The notes under the pieces were generated by a model. It worked only from the letters and a program-made list of their open reading frames with translations. It was not told the DNA's origin and did no database searches. A program made the position numbers and the translations under genes. Source: an uncultured Verrucomicrobiae bacterium (GTDB lineage Bacteria > Verrucomicrobiota > Verrucomicrobiia > Chthoniobacterales > JAFAMB01). Taken from it: a stretch of DNA of 64,000 nucleotides. Positions 63,465 through 64,000 of the stretch are shown here, one piece after another; position 1 is the stretch's first letter, and each line of letters begins with the position of its first letter. The stretch is from positions 224,001-288,000 of the forward strand of contig CAWEXO010000011.1 in NCBI GenBank assembly GCA_963813025.1. The letters run 5' to 3'.

Positions 63465-63740
63465 ATGCCTGTACCCGTTCGAATCCCTACCCCGCTCCGT
63501 AAATTGACTGCCAACCAGGAGGTTGTGCAGGTCGAAGGCGGGACTGTCCGCGAAGTGATCAACCATCTGGAGATCGCTTTTCCCGGTCTGAAGGAACGCA
63601 TCTGCGACGAAGAGAACAACGTCCGCCGTTTCGTGAACGTCTTTGTTAACGACGAGGACATCCGGTTCCTGGAAGACACTGACACCCGATTAAAATCGGG
63701 AGACGAGATCAGTATCGTGCCGGCGATTGCGGGAGGATAG
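63465..63740 (+). CDS. ThiS/MoaD/CysO-family ubiquitin-like sulfur carrier
   Basis: VRIPTPLR, RRFVNVFVNDEDIRFL, C-terminal PAIAGG. GAGG RBS upstream. Confidence 0.93.
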   Translation: MPVPVRIPTPLRKLTANQEVVQVEGGTVREVINHLEIAFPGLKERICDEENNVRRFVNVFVNDEDIRFLEDTDTRLKSGDEISIVPAIAGG

Positions 63741-63749
63741 GCGGTAGCG

Positions 63750-63784
63750 TTTCACGTTTCGCGTTTCGCGTTTCACGTTCCGCG
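63750..63784. repeat. Heptamer tandem repeat (TTTCRCG)x5
   Basis: Same unit as 58914-58955, with the last copy degenerate. Confidence 0.85.
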
Positions 63785-63873
63785 TTGTCCGCGTGCGCGC
63801 GCGGTGCGCGTTTTCCATTGCGCATATTCAGTGTAGACATGTCGAAGCTTTTATAACCAGGTTATTGAGAGTT

Positions 63874-64000
63874 ATGACTATTACTCGATTTGAAGACCTG
63901 GAGGCTTATCAAGTTGCGCGGGAGTTCACCCGAAAAGTTGGCCAATTGTTGCGCACGCCGAGCTCTGCTAAAAGAACGCACATGGTAGCCCAAACAGAAC
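63874..64000 (+). CDS. Four-helix-bundle protein (23S rRNA IVP-like), truncated by the window end
   Basis: MTITRFEDLEAYQVAREFTRKV matches the family's typical FEDL-x-x-W/Y start. Confidence 0.65.
   Translation, partial: MTITRFEDLEAYQVAREFTRKVGQLLRTPSSAKRTHMVAQTE

Noticed and set aside
63874..64000. Diversity-generating retroelement suggested by the Avd-like fold
   Set aside because: No reverse transcriptase or template/variable repeat pair is visible in the window.

Overview
Bacterial chromosomal segment, most consistent with Verrucomicrobiota. This is inferred from RpoB/RpoC character, a short EF-Ts and a double-length UvrA, not from a database search. In order, it holds: (1) a truncated HTH-type regulator and two tandem DUF899 genes; (2) an 11-gene minus-strand type IV filament operon (pilin, platform protein, PilM/N/O/P-like genes, secretin, minor pilins, divergent ATPase); (3) a sigma-54-type promoter upstream of urtABCDE, followed by ureDABCEFG; (4) an MFS transporter and two LivJ-like binding proteins; (5) the core cluster tRNA-Thr, tuf, tRNA-Trp, secE, nusG, rplKAJL, rpoBC, a PduO-type adenosyltransferase, then rpsB and tsf; (6) ymdB, an amidase, tRNA-Pro, a collapsed vapBC-like remnant, a cupin and a tandem-duplicated UvrA; (7) envelope genes, a decayed FHA-ABC exporter and an FHA-adenylate cyclase; (8) a SAM-I riboswitch upstream of a threonine-synthase-like enzyme and a ThiS/MoaD sulfur carrier, probably a homocysteine/methionine route, then a truncated four-helix-bundle gene. 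Intergenic DNA is dense in several families of REP-like and tandem-repeat palindromic elements, some overlapping protein N-termini. Single-base frameshifts in urtA, ureC, tuf, ymdB and uvrA look like long-read assembly errors. No CRISPR array, rRNA, integrase or transposase was seen.
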